Below are positions 1-9,317 of a stretch of DNA of 64,000 nucleotides, one piece after another (within the stretch, counting starts at the first letter, position 1; each line of letters starts with the position of its first letter). Below the pieces are notes generated by a model that ran no database searches, had not been told where the DNA came from, and saw only the letters and a program-made list of their open reading frames with translations. Position numbers and translations under genes: made by a program. Source of the DNA: a virus; IMG/VR virus record IMGVR_UViG_3300008107_000019, positions 1 through 64,000 of that record, one strand, 5' to 3'.

Positions 1-267
1 AAACAAGATAATTTTAATTATATAAAAAAAATAATAAAAAATTTTAATCAAAATATATCTTATAAAAGTGGAAAATATAATTTTAATAAAACTATTAAAT
101 GTAAAATACATAAAGATAATTACCTTAATTATATTAATCCAAAAATATGTGAAAAAAATTTTGTATCATTTATACTTAAATGTGAAGAAGTAGGGAATTA
201 TCAATTTAGTATTGAGTTTGAAGATTCAGTATTATTAAATGGAGATTTTGAAGTTTATGAATTGTAA
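1..267 (+). CDS. hypothetical protein, 5' partial
   Basis: Frame 1 is open from base 1 (KQDNFNYIKK...GDFEVYEL) to TAA 265-267 and overlaps the next ATG at 257. Not in the ORF track. Confidence 0.6.
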   Translation, partial: KQDNFNYIKKIIKNFNQNISYKSGKYNFNKTIKCKIHKDNYLNYINPKICEKNFVSFILKCEEVGNYQFSIEFEDSVLLNGDFEVYEL

Positions 268-829
268 TGAACCAATTATTGGTGTTCACGTATATGACGA
301 TGTTTTTGATGCAACTAACTTTATTGCACAATTAGAAGAAGACTGCAAAGACGAATGGGGACCGTTATCTTGGCATGAGTCAAGAGTTGGTGAAGGTTTT
401 TATAGTGAATACAGATCATCTAGAGAATGTAGTCTCATTGAAATAATGAAACCTTATCCAAGAATTAAAATTAGTGAATATTTTTACGACGATCTTTATG
501 ACAAGATATATCCGTGTCTTCAAAATTATATAATGTCATACTCACTGCCAAGAATAGCTCATGAGCCTTTTGTTGTTCTTAAGTATATGAATGGTGGAAA
601 TTATAGAACTCACTCTGATTTTGGTCCAGATAATGGCAGAATGTTTAGCATGGTAGCGTTTCTAGATAATACAAGTACCGGTGGCAGTCTAGAGTTTCCT
701 TACTTTGATCTTCAGGTTGAAGCAAAACCAAAAAGAGTTGTGGTTTTTCCAGCTAATTTTCCATATTCACATATAGCTCATTCAGTTGATGATGGCGTTA
801 AATATTCTTTGGTATCTTGGTTTAAATAA
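257..829 (+). CDS. 2OG-Fe(II) oxygenase (prolyl-4-hydroxylase-like)
   Basis: HxD (YRTHSD), GGSLEFP, VVFPANFPYSH, KYSLVSW. Start moved from 239 to ATG 257, which follows GGAG and overlaps the previous gene end. Confidence 0.9.
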   Translation: MNCNEPIIGVHVYDDVFDATNFIAQLEEDCKDEWGPLSWHESRVGEGFYSEYRSSRECSLIEIMKPYPRIKISEYFYDDLYDKIYPCLQNYIMSYSLPRIAHEPFVVLKYMNGGNYRTHSDFGPDNGRMFSMVAFLDNTSTGGSLEFPYFDLQVEAKPKRVVVFPANFPYSHIAHSVDDGVKYSLVSWFK

Positions 830-839
830 GGAGGGAATC

Positions 840-1025
840 ATGCAACCAGAAAATTTAGAATTAAATATAGACGAAGATAGTGAGATAGCTCAGCCACTAT
901 ATCTTCTTTCTTGGGCTAAAAAAACAGTTGATAATAATACAACACAAGGACTTTTTGCTGGATGTAGAGCATTTGATCAACTTGGACTATGGATAAATCC
1001 TGCTATAATAGAAGAAGAAGAATAG
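840..1025 (+). CDS. small acidic hypothetical protein
   Basis: AGGAGG Shine-Dalgarno before ATG 840; in frame with track ORF 786..1025. Confidence 0.7.
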   Translation: MQPENLELNIDEDSEIAQPLYLLSWAKKTVDNNTTQGLFAGCRAFDQLGLWINPAIIEEEE

Positions 1026-1040
1026 TTAAAAGGAAAAAAG

Positions 1041-1271
1041 ATGTTAGCCTATAATAAACAAAAGCACTTAGATCATTTAAAGGAAAGAATATCTTTAATG
1101 TCTATTTCTGCTGGATTAGATTATGATTATATAGATATTAATAACTACAAGGAAATAAGAGATAACCTTAATTTAATGTTGGTACCACCAGAGTTGTTTA
1201 GAAAAAAAGTTGAGTTAAGAGCAATTATGTATAGTTACTTTTTAGCAAATGGAGAAGTTAACAATGGCTGA
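1041..1271 (+). CDS. hypothetical protein
   Basis: 76-aa ORF with AAGGA upstream, tightly packed between neighbours. Confidence 0.7.
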   Translation: MLAYNKQKHLDHLKERISLMSISAGLDYDYIDINNYKEIRDNLNLMLVPPELFRKKVELRAIMYSYFLANGEVNNG

Positions 1272-1995
1272 TAATACTAGTACAAATGAAGCAACATCAT
1301 TAGTCGCAACAAGAATAGGTTTAGAAATTAGTAAATGGACTGGACTTTGTGACTCTAGTGATCCATTGTTTAAGTCCGATCAAGATTTATTAAACTTTTG
1401 TGCATCAGCATATTCAGAATGGCAAAGTTTAAATTATAGTGATAGAATTCTTCAAGGTGGAGATGAGTTTTATTCAACCGCATTAATGGGTACTGAAGGT
1501 GGAGAAGCATTTCTTCCAGTAATAAAATTAGGTTTATTAATAAATCAATTATTTTTCCGTTTAGTAAAACCACAAAACAGTTTAGTAGTTCATGGTCCTG
1601 GAATTATAGCTCAAGCCAGTTTATTCTCAGAGAATGTGTATGTTCCGCACAATATCCATGTTTACTTGGCTGAAAAATATTTAGACACATCTGAACTTAA
1701 CAACGTTAATATGATTGACTATTCTGATATTTACAATAAAACCAATAACTATGACTTTGTATGCATAATTATGGGGGCAGCTTCAGATAGAGAAATGTTA
1801 GAAGCTATAATGGATAGTATTAATCCTGGTGGAATTCTAGTTTTATCTGGATCTTCTAATGGTGGAGAGCTCTATATGAATTTAGAACAATCATACGCTT
1901 ACCAAATTCATCAAGAGATAATAAATAGAGGAGATTTTAGTTTGTATAATATACCAAACTTCATGGCGCAAACAATTTGTATAAAGAATGGTTAA
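1264..1995 (+). CDS. putative SAM-dependent methyltransferase-fold protein
   Basis: C-terminal YDFVCI...MDSINPGGILVL resembles the class I methyltransferase pattern; motif I is degenerate. GGAG precedes ATG 1264. Confidence 0.5.
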   Translation: MADNTSTNEATSLVATRIGLEISKWTGLCDSSDPLFKSDQDLLNFCASAYSEWQSLNYSDRILQGGDEFYSTALMGTEGGEAFLPVIKLGLLINQLFFRLVKPQNSLVVHGPGIIAQASLFSENVYVPHNIHVYLAEKYLDTSELNNVNMIDYSDIYNKTNNYDFVCIIMGAASDREMLEAIMDSINPGGILVLSGSSNGGELYMNLEQSYAYQIHQEIINRGDFSLYNIPNFMAQTICIKNG

Positions 1996-2003
1996 CTATA
2001 CTT

Positions 2004-3485
2004 ATGAATAAAAAAATATCTATAGGAATTATTGGTTCCGGCACGGCGGGTCTATTGTCTGCCATTATGTTTAGAAATGCATTTCCACATTCTGACATTA
2101 CAGTAATTTCGTCATCTGACATAGGAATAATCGGTGTTGGAGAAGGCTCGACCGAGCATTGGAAAGAATTTATGAAGCTATGCGATATACCTCTTTTTGA
2201 CATGTTATCAAAAACTGGAGCAACTCATAAATATGGTATTAGATTTGAAAATTGGTCAAAGAAATTTCCAGATTATTTTCACTCGGTTTCAGGAGATGAA
2301 ACACTATATGCGTATGGTTTATATCCAACCTATTCAGGTTTTGTCGAACAAGAGAAAACATTAACATCGCAAACAGCTTCAGTAGGTTTGGTTCAGGATA
2401 AATTAAGAAGACAATCAACACATGATGCAGTAAACCAGTTTCACTTTGACACATTTAAATTAAACAGATACTTTTCTGAATTATGCTTTAATAGATCGAT
2501 AAGAATGATTGATGGAGAAGTAGAAGATATAAATATAGAGTCGGAATTTGGCACTATAGAGTCTGTTACATTAAAAGATGGTAGTACATTTAGTGCTGAT
2601 TTTTGGGTAGATGCCACTGGGTTTAAAAAAGCTATTATTAGTAAAGTTTCAGACGTAGAGTGGAACTCTTTTTCCGAATACCTATGCGTAGATTCTGCTA
2701 TAGCATTTCCATCAGAAGCAGATGAAAATGGTAAGATAAAACCATACACAAGAGCAAGAGCTATGTCCTCTGGCTGGATGTGGGAAATTCCGACTCAAGA
2801 AAGAAGAGGAAATGGTTATGTTTTTAGTTCTAAGTTTATTAGTCTAGAAGAAGCAATTGCAGAAGCATCAAAAGCAGTAGGCTTTGATGTAAAGCCAGCA
2901 AAAGTTTTCAAATTTGATCCTGGACATTTAAAAAAACCATGGGTTAAAAATTGCGCAGCAATTGGACTTTCCGCATCTTTTGTGGAGCCACTAGAAGCCA
3001 CTTCTATTGGAAGTACAATACAGCAAATTAAATGGTTGATTCCATCAGTTGCAAATTATAAAAAAACCAATCAGCACATGCAAGAGTTTTATAATAAACA
3101 ATTTAATCTAATGATGGATAACATTTTAAGCATGATAAGATTACATTATATGACTGATAGAGACGACACTCCATTTTGGAAGCATGCAGCTTCAAGACCA
3201 GTTAATCAGACTTTGCAGGAGTACTTAAATCTTTGGTCAGAAAGAACACCATCTAGATATGATATACCTTCTAATAATGGCGAAATGTTTCTTTCTTCTC
3301 ACATGATACATGTTGCTCAAGGTCAAAATCTTCTAAATGCCAAAGACGCAGGTTTATTTATAGATAACATGTGTCTTAGGGATCAAGTGAAAAATGATAT
3401 GTCAGAAAAGCGATTAAGTAGAAATAATCACGAATTAGTAGATCACAAAGAAGCATTGATGGAATTATATGAAATTTGGGAATAG
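2004..3485 (+). CDS. flavin-dependent tryptophan halogenase family protein
   Basis: GSGTAG FAD motif, IGVGEGS, ATHKYGIRFENW (catalytic Lys position), GWMWEIP (WxWxIP), FVEPLEATSI. Confidence 0.93.
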   Translation: MNKKISIGIIGSGTAGLLSAIMFRNAFPHSDITVISSSDIGIIGVGEGSTEHWKEFMKLCDIPLFDMLSKTGATHKYGIRFENWSKKFPDYFHSVSGDETLYAYGLYPTYSGFVEQEKTLTSQTASVGLVQDKLRRQSTHDAVNQFHFDTFKLNRYFSELCFNRSIRMIDGEVEDINIESEFGTIESVTLKDGSTFSADFWVDATGFKKAIISKVSDVEWNSFSEYLCVDSAIAFPSEADENGKIKPYTRARAMSSGWMWEIPTQERRGNGYVFSSKFISLEEAIAEASKAVGFDVKPAKVFKFDPGHLKKPWVKNCAAIGLSASFVEPLEATSIGSTIQQIKWLIPSVANYKKTNQHMQEFYNKQFNLMMDNILSMIRLHYMTDRDDTPFWKHAASRPVNQTLQEYLNLWSERTPSRYDIPSNNGEMFLSSHMIHVAQGQNLLNAKDAGLFIDNMCLRDQVKNDMSEKRLSRNNHELVDHKEALMELYEIWE

Positions 3486-4275
3486 TAAAAACTACAAAGA
3501 CCTAAAAGTAAAACCAGGAGAAGTATTATTTATACCTTCTGACAATAGGCATTTAGAAATGCCACCCACAGTTAACACATCTTCAAATCCACCTGGTTGG
3601 TTTAGAAAGATGGGGAAGTTTCCGGGATCAGTAAGAAGATGTGCTGGAACAATAGATTATCTAGCTGCAGGAGTAAGCCTTCCTGCTTGGTCTAACTTTA
3701 AATTCAAGAACAAGGGCTCAGGATCTATATGGGAAGTCGCTACAGATCAATTGGATTTACCTGGCAATTATCCAATAACAGTTCAATCTTTTGATTTTGC
3801 ACAAACTGGGAAATGTCCAATGTCTGAAATAAGAGATCAAGAAGTGCAAGAAGGATGTTATCCAAAACTTGTAAATCCATGGAGAATTAAAACAGCTCCA
3901 GGTTGGTCAACTCTTATTCTTCCAAATTTATTTGAACCAAATAAAAACTGGACTGTAGTCCCAGCAATAGTCCATACTGATTTTTATCATACATTAAATG
4001 TTGTTTTGAATATCCATTCAAACGAAGATTTTGCCATACATTATGGAGATCCATTAGTTCAATTAATACCGTTTAAAAGAGACTCTGATTTCAATAAAGT
4101 TTTATTTGAAGATGAAAAAATGTTTAAATATGTTTCTTCTAGGGGTTTTGGTTCAGGCAGTTTAATTCCAACTCCTGGAGAAAGTACAGCAAGACCATAT
4201 AGAATGGAAAGAATTAAAGTAGATAAACAGATTGAAGAAGAGAAATCAAAAAGAAAATGGAAAAAAAACAAATAG
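3469..4275 (+). CDS. conserved phage protein, dUTPase-like beta fold (DUF6065-like)
   Basis: RRCAGTIDYL...NPWRIKTAPGWSTL...PAIVHTD...GDPLVQLIPFKR pattern, as seen in phage proteins clustered with 2OG oxygenases. Confidence 0.55.
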   Translation: MKFGNSKNYKDLKVKPGEVLFIPSDNRHLEMPPTVNTSSNPPGWFRKMGKFPGSVRRCAGTIDYLAAGVSLPAWSNFKFKNKGSGSIWEVATDQLDLPGNYPITVQSFDFAQTGKCPMSEIRDQEVQEGCYPKLVNPWRIKTAPGWSTLILPNLFEPNKNWTVVPAIVHTDFYHTLNVVLNIHSNEDFAIHYGDPLVQLIPFKRDSDFNKVLFEDEKMFKYVSSRGFGSGSLIPTPGESTARPYRMERIKVDKQIEEEKSKRKWKKNK

Positions 4276-4970
4276 TATTTCCACTAGGTTTACACAATGC
4301 AATTGCATACAAAGATGGTGTTCTTTCTGATTTTTTATGTGATTCAATTATTGATTTTATGGAGAAGGAAGATAACAAAAACCTTCTTAGGGTAGGAATG
4401 ACAGCTTCAGGCGTAGAATCTGATCATAAAGTATGTACAGATGGAACTATAAGTGCATTTCATCCCGCTGTATTAGAACATCAAGCTCCAACTTTAGAAA
4501 TATTGTCTTCTCAAATATTCTCATCTTTTTCTCCTTTGGTAGAAGAATATTGCAATAACTACGAACATATGCAATTTTGGACAACTAGATTGGATACAGG
4601 TTATCAGTATCAGCATTATATTAAGAATCAGGGTTTATATAAAGTTCATGTGGACGGAAGTTCATTTGATAAACCTGGTTATTCTGAAAGAGTATTAGCA
4701 ATAATTATGTATTTAAATACCGTAGAAGAAGGTGGCGGAACAGAGTTCCCATTACATGATTTGACTATAGGTGCAGTAAAAGGTAGAGTTGCAATATTTC
4801 CAACAAATTTTAATTATCCACATTCTGGACTTAAACCAATTTCTAATGATAAATTTATAATTAGTAGTTTTATGTTTAGTCCTTTGACAAAAGAACATTT
4901 TGATAGATCTTCATATTATTGGAATGAAGTCTTGCAAAGAAACGCTGAAGCAGAAGGTATAAATGTTTAA
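4257..4970 (+). CDS. 2OG-Fe(II) oxygenase
   Basis: YKVHVD, RVLAIIMYLNTVEEGGGTEFP, IFPTNFNYPHSG, KFIISSF. Confidence 0.92.
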   Translation: MEKKQIVFPLGLHNAIAYKDGVLSDFLCDSIIDFMEKEDNKNLLRVGMTASGVESDHKVCTDGTISAFHPAVLEHQAPTLEILSSQIFSSFSPLVEEYCNNYEHMQFWTTRLDTGYQYQHYIKNQGLYKVHVDGSSFDKPGYSERVLAIIMYLNTVEEGGGTEFPLHDLTIGAVKGRVAIFPTNFNYPHSGLKPISNDKFIISSFMFSPLTKEHFDRSSYYWNEVLQRNAEAEGINV

Positions 4971-5268
4971 AAATATAAAAATATTCTTTAAAAAAATACA
5001 AAATGCAATAAACACAATGTCCTCTAAAAATTATTGGACAAAAGCTAATATCGTTGAGGCATGGGGGTTTGGCACTAAAATAGTCATTATTTTTCCTGGC
5101 CTTCTTTTTGGCTATCAGTGGTGGTGGATATATATATTTGCATTAATTTCTAGCATAGCGTTGATTTGGTCGTCTACAGTAAAGACTCTTCCAACGATTA
5201 TTTTATTTAACGTATTGTGGGTAATTTTAGCAAGTCTTTCAATTATAAAGCATTTTTGGCAATTTTAA
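4963..5268 (+). CDS. small membrane protein
   Basis: 101 aa with about three hydrophobic, Trp-rich segments. Confidence 0.7.
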   Translation: MFKNIKIFFKKIQNAINTMSSKNYWTKANIVEAWGFGTKIVIIFPGLLFGYQWWWIYIFALISSIALIWSSTVKTLPTIILFNVLWVILASLSIIKHFWQF

Positions 5269-5272
5269 ATAC

Positions 5273-5283
5273 TACTATATAAG
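5273..5283 (+). promoter_or_regulatory. putative phage late promoter motif TACTATA(TAAG)
   Basis: Intergenic TACTATATAAG just before AGGAGG/ATG 5297. The same 11-mer is at 62513 and TACTATA is at 9262. Confidence 0.5.
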
Positions 5284-5296
5284 TAGGAGGCAGCCT

Positions 5297-5662
5297 ATGC
5301 TATATAATGATAATTTTAGTTATAGTCAAAGTGGTGTAAGCTACCAGGGTACTCTGTATCTAAATATAGATAGCGTATCTACTCCACTGATACTGCCCAA
5401 TGTTTCAATATATTATGCACAAGACGTTGACTACAGCAATGTTTCTACTATTGGACTAGTAACCATTGAATCTACATCCAGTGGCATAGTCACAATGCAA
5501 ACAACGCAGAGTCAAGCTCAAATACTGGCAGAAGTCAGTACTATATATATATTGTCGACCTCAGAAAGTTCTACGCAAGTAAACTCTCTTGTCGGGCAGT
5601 CTACTGTTGAGGTTTTTGTAACTAATAGTACACAATCCGCAGAATCAATTATTACTTATTAA
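5297..5662 (+). CDS. hypothetical Ser/Thr-rich protein, probably virion-associated
   Basis: Strong AGGAGG RBS; first gene of the structural block. Confidence 0.65.
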   Translation: MLYNDNFSYSQSGVSYQGTLYLNIDSVSTPLILPNVSIYYAQDVDYSNVSTIGLVTIESTSSGIVTMQTTQSQAQILAEVSTIYILSTSESSTQVNSLVGQSTVEVFVTNSTQSAESIITY

Positions 5663-5675
5663 ATTTGGAGATAAG

Positions 5676-6473
5676 ATGTCAAGTTCCGTGCTTGTTAACG
5701 ATACCGTAAGAATTAAAGTTAAATTTGTTGACATTAATCCTTCTACTGGGGAACAAGTAGAAGTTTCTCCGGTCTCTGTATCAGTTCTTATAGAAGATGC
5801 AGCAGAAGAAGAGGTAATTAATACCGCAGCAACTTCTAAACAGAATTTATACGTTGGAGATACTGATTCCGATTACAGACCATCTGTTACTCTTAAGTCA
5901 GATGAGACGATAATCTTTGCCCCAGACGTAGATCCTCTTTATGTAGATCCAGAAGAACTTCTCTCTTTTTTCCCAGATGCATCACTCCTTGAGATAGGAG
6001 AGCTAATACATCATTACTCACTGGAAGTAAAAGAAGTTTTTAACCTTCAAGATACAGAAGATGGATCTGGAATAAGTTTTACCACAGCAGAATACATTAA
6101 AGCTTCAACTTGCTGCGAATTAAGTAGAACATATGGTTTTGGTGGAGACGACGAGCTTTCGTTGAAGTTGGCCGATCTATCTATAACAAATAGATCTAAC
6201 CCTAGAAATTCTATTAACAGAGGAAATGCAACTACGTGGTGCCAAATAGCAGCTGCCCTAAGAAAAGAATTAATGGCATCTAGAGTCGGCATGAGAGCTG
6301 TTGTTCCTAAGGGTCTACCAAATAAAAAAGTTCATGCAAACTATAAGACCGTTGATCCAGAAACTGGCAAGTTGGTTTATCTATCTGATAAAGAATTGTA
6401 TGGACCCGGCAGAACCACTCCAACGGAACCAGATGACCCAATGCCAGATAGAAAATTTAAGAAGTATGATTGA
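5676..6473 (+). CDS. putative head-tail adaptor/neck protein
   Basis: GGAG RBS; beta-rich N-terminus followed by a helical region with SLKLADLSIT; lies upstream of closure and sheath genes. Confidence 0.45.
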   Translation: MSSSVLVNDTVRIKVKFVDINPSTGEQVEVSPVSVSVLIEDAAEEEVINTAATSKQNLYVGDTDSDYRPSVTLKSDETIIFAPDVDPLYVDPEELLSFFPDASLLEIGELIHHYSLEVKEVFNLQDTEDGSGISFTTAEYIKASTCCELSRTYGFGGDDELSLKLADLSITNRSNPRNSINRGNATTWCQIAAALRKELMASRVGMRAVVPKGLPNKKVHANYKTVDPETGKLVYLSDKELYGPGRTTPTEPDDPMPDRKFKKYD

Positions 6474-6843
6474 TCCAAAAAAAGCATTTAGAAAAATTCT
6501 TAGAGAATATGGCCACGATATCCTTCTGCAAAGAAGGGTTTCGGATGATTTTTTATATTCTACAAATTTTGAAAGAATAACAACAAGGCACTTTTTTCCT
6601 TCATCAGAAGTTTTAGCTCAGGCGCAAAAAGAAGACAACGAAGGCATTAATACAAACGTTGATCTTATTTTTTATTTTGAGTCAGAAGTTAATCCAAAAC
6701 AAGGTGATAGAATATATGAGGAGTCGCCTTCAAATATAAATGATCCAAACGTTTATTTAATAGATTTTGCAGCTCCAGTTAGAGGAAGAATGGGTAAAAT
6801 AGTTTATTGGACAGTTGGAGCAACCAGAGAAAGGCCTAGCTAA
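6466..6843 (+). CDS. putative head closure/neck protein
   Basis: ATG 6466 overlaps the previous gene end; 125 aa with FYFESEVNPKQGDRIYE...VRGRMGKIVYW, a stopper-like pattern. Confidence 0.5.
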   Translation: MIDPKKAFRKILREYGHDILLQRRVSDDFLYSTNFERITTRHFFPSSEVLAQAQKEDNEGINTNVDLIFYFESEVNPKQGDRIYEESPSNINDPNVYLIDFAAPVRGRMGKIVYWTVGATRERPS

Positions 6844-8498
6844 TGATAATATTATCACCTGGTCAAACTGGTACATTTGAGTTTATATTTAGTGAAAATA
6901 ATACATTTTACGACCCAACATCTGGAGCTACTCCAACTGACGTTCTTATTTCAGTCCTAAGAGGTGATGCTGGAGCTGGAAGCGTAATAGATGGGCCTTA
7001 TTCCTACTTATTTCAAGACGCAACTCCAAGTGGAAACTACATAGAAAAAAGTGTTAACAACACTGTCTATTATGGAAACTTTGGTGATATCCCTGGACAA
7101 AATGTTTCTAATTTAAATGTTACAAAATTTTCATTTAACTACACTATTCCATCTAACCTGTATCCAGGAAATTATTCCGTAGTAGCAACAACATACTCTG
7201 GAGCTAGCATCATACAATACATAGCTCAGTTTCAGGTCCCGCAGTCAACTGCAATAATATCTTCACCTTATGCATCTGGGCAAAAAGATTTAACTCAATC
7301 TTTTGTGCCAGCATATGAAACCTTAGATCAATATAAAACTAACTCTGTTCTTCTAATAGGTCATGCTGACGGAATAACTTTAAATAATATTATAAGAATA
7401 TCTTCTATTCAAGAAGCAATAGACCTATTGAAGGCAAATTCGGATTCACCTTTATTAAGAGGCGTTTTTGATGCCTACGCTGCTGGTGCAAGGGATATCT
7501 ACATTTGTGCTGCAGCTCCAATGAATGAATATATTGAGGGAATACAATTAAGAAACACCGCTCAACCATTCTATTCAATGGACGACGCAACGCCTATAAA
7601 TTATAACTTTTATCAAAGATACTGGTCTAGATTAGAAGAGACCTACGAAGTGATTAAAGATTATGACTATATAGATATAATTGTTCCATTAGAGACTAGT
7701 ATTTTAAATACAGGATCTATTGATTTTGTAACCCAATTAGCAATGTATTGTCAGGATTTTCACAATAAAAGCGGGATGATACAAATAGGTGTAATAGGAA
7801 GCAGAACTGGTTCTATAACAGAAGCAGACATACAAACTTTAGAAGCTAAGCAAATATTTACATCTAAGTACACAATGTTTGATTCTCAAAATCAGATAAT
7901 TGGTGACATGGGTAGATTTATTGTTCCTGTTTATGGTGAACTAATAATAAATCATAATTTCTTAAATAGAACATACATTTCTTCTGGCGCAGCGACTGTA
8001 GCTGGAATGATTTCTTCAAATCCCGTAAATCAAAGTTTAATTAGGAAAAGAGTTCCCTCAGCATTTGGTTTGAGTGGAATTTCTTTAACTCAAGCACAAG
8101 TAGACAGACTTGATAATATTGGGGTAAACACCTTTACAAGAAGCGCAAGAACCAGAAGGGGAAACGCTTATCAAATTTACCTAACAAATGACAATACTAT
8201 GGCACACAGTACGTCTAATTATAGAAAGCTTCCTCAGATTAGACTTTGCTCTATGTTAATAAATGAGATTAGAGCTTTATCTAATAATAATATAAGTAAA
8301 TTTTCTTCTCAAAAAGCAGTAGAAGACGTTCAGCAATTATTGTCTTTTTTAAAAAGAAATAATATAATTGCAGATTATGACTTTGAAGCTTATAGCGATC
8401 AGGATATAAAAGGTAAGTTATATTTTGATATAAGCGTTGTTTCTTCTTTGGGTTTAAAGAAACTGTCTTTTAGTATATCTTCCGGCAAGGCGGCATAA
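6843..8498 (+). CDS. tail sheath-like protein with N-terminal Ig-like domain
   Basis: C-terminal AATVAGMIS...LTQAQVDRLDNIGVNTF...DNTMA...YRKLPQIRL matches the sheath pattern and parallels 9352..10389. Confidence 0.7.
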   Translation: MIILSPGQTGTFEFIFSENNTFYDPTSGATPTDVLISVLRGDAGAGSVIDGPYSYLFQDATPSGNYIEKSVNNTVYYGNFGDIPGQNVSNLNVTKFSFNYTIPSNLYPGNYSVVATTYSGASIIQYIAQFQVPQSTAIISSPYASGQKDLTQSFVPAYETLDQYKTNSVLLIGHADGITLNNIIRISSIQEAIDLLKANSDSPLLRGVFDAYAAGARDIYICAAAPMNEYIEGIQLRNTAQPFYSMDDATPINYNFYQRYWSRLEETYEVIKDYDYIDIIVPLETSILNTGSIDFVTQLAMYCQDFHNKSGMIQIGVIGSRTGSITEADIQTLEAKQIFTSKYTMFDSQNQIIGDMGRFIVPVYGELIINHNFLNRTYISSGAATVAGMISSNPVNQSLIRKRVPSAFGLSGISLTQAQVDRLDNIGVNTFTRSARTRRGNAYQIYLTNDNTMAHSTSNYRKLPQIRLCSMLINEIRALSNNNISKFSSQKAVEDVQQLLSFLKRNNIIADYDFEAYSDQDIKGKLYFDISVVSSLGLKKLSFSISSGKAA

Positions 8499-8499
8499 T

Positions 8500-9240
8500 A
8501 TGGCACAGAATGCTTTCGGTTTTCCTTTACCAGCTCTAAACGAGGTGGCAAACAATAGGACCTTTGGTCCTCCACTACAGGCAGCTGGTAATTTAACTTA
8601 TCTTGAATTCGTATCTGTAGTAAAATTATTGTGGGAAAATTTACATCCAGACATACCGATTGTCCCCACTCAGCCAGCACAGTATGCAACATATCCCTGT
8701 ATAGTTTATGGACTAGAACTAAGAAAGGCTCACTCTGTAGAGCCAAAACCCAGAAGTCGCCATGTTGTAGAAAATGATATGATGGTGTTTGGTCAGAGAT
8801 TTCAAAATGTTGTTTCCTTTACTATAACCACAAAAGTTATGGGTGGAGCTACAAGAACTCCAGAATCAAGGTATGACGGGGCTGAAGTCGCTGACTCTTT
8901 GGCTGAAATATTTGAAGATTTTATGCTCGAATATACTCCAGTTTTTAAAAGATTAGGAGCATCAGAGTTTGTTTATGCAAGAAGATTGGCTGACGCAGAA
9001 GAAAATAAAGGCAGTACAGATGTAGTTAAAAGAACAGTTACCTACATGTTAACTACCGAAAAGCTTATAGCAAGCTCTGTCGGAACTATAGAAAAGATAG
9101 CCATAGACGTAAGGACGTATATGGCTTACGAGAAAGAACTAGTTAAAGAGGCCCTTGAAAAGGCTACTCCTGACTTTGATGGCACAGAAGTAAGTATTAT
9201 AGACCTATATCAAAGTTCTACTCCAAATCTTGCCTCATAG
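8500..9240 (+). CDS. putative tail completion/terminator protein
   Basis: Position just before the sheath; PCIVYGL...QNVVSFTI...AEIFEDFM alpha/beta pattern. Confidence 0.45.
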   Translation: MAQNAFGFPLPALNEVANNRTFGPPLQAAGNLTYLEFVSVVKLLWENLHPDIPIVPTQPAQYATYPCIVYGLELRKAHSVEPKPRSRHVVENDMMVFGQRFQNVVSFTITTKVMGGATRTPESRYDGAEVADSLAEIFEDFMLEYTPVFKRLGASEFVYARRLADAEENKGSTDVVKRTVTYMLTTEKLIASSVGTIEKIAIDVRTYMAYEKELVKEALEKATPDFDGTEVSIIDLYQSSTPNLAS

Positions 9241-9261
9241 TTGTTTTTATAGGTTGTTCGT

Positions 9262-9268
9262 TACTATA
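9262..9268 (+). promoter_or_regulatory. putative late promoter motif TACTATA
   Basis: Intergenic, upstream of the GGAGG RBS (9302) of the sheath gene. Confidence 0.45.
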
Positions 9269-9317
9269 CATTAAGACTAGACCTACAAAAGACTGCAAAC
9301 CGGAGGTTTAAAATTCA

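Noticed and set aside
1-240. Very AT-rich start as origin or non-coding region
   Set aside because: Frame 1 is open through to TAA 267, so it is best read as the 3' end of a gene.
5820-5850. Possible in-frame deletion in the 5676 gene (TAATS|KQNL), where the beta domain looks short
   Set aside because: The frame is intact and it cannot be shown without homologs or reads.
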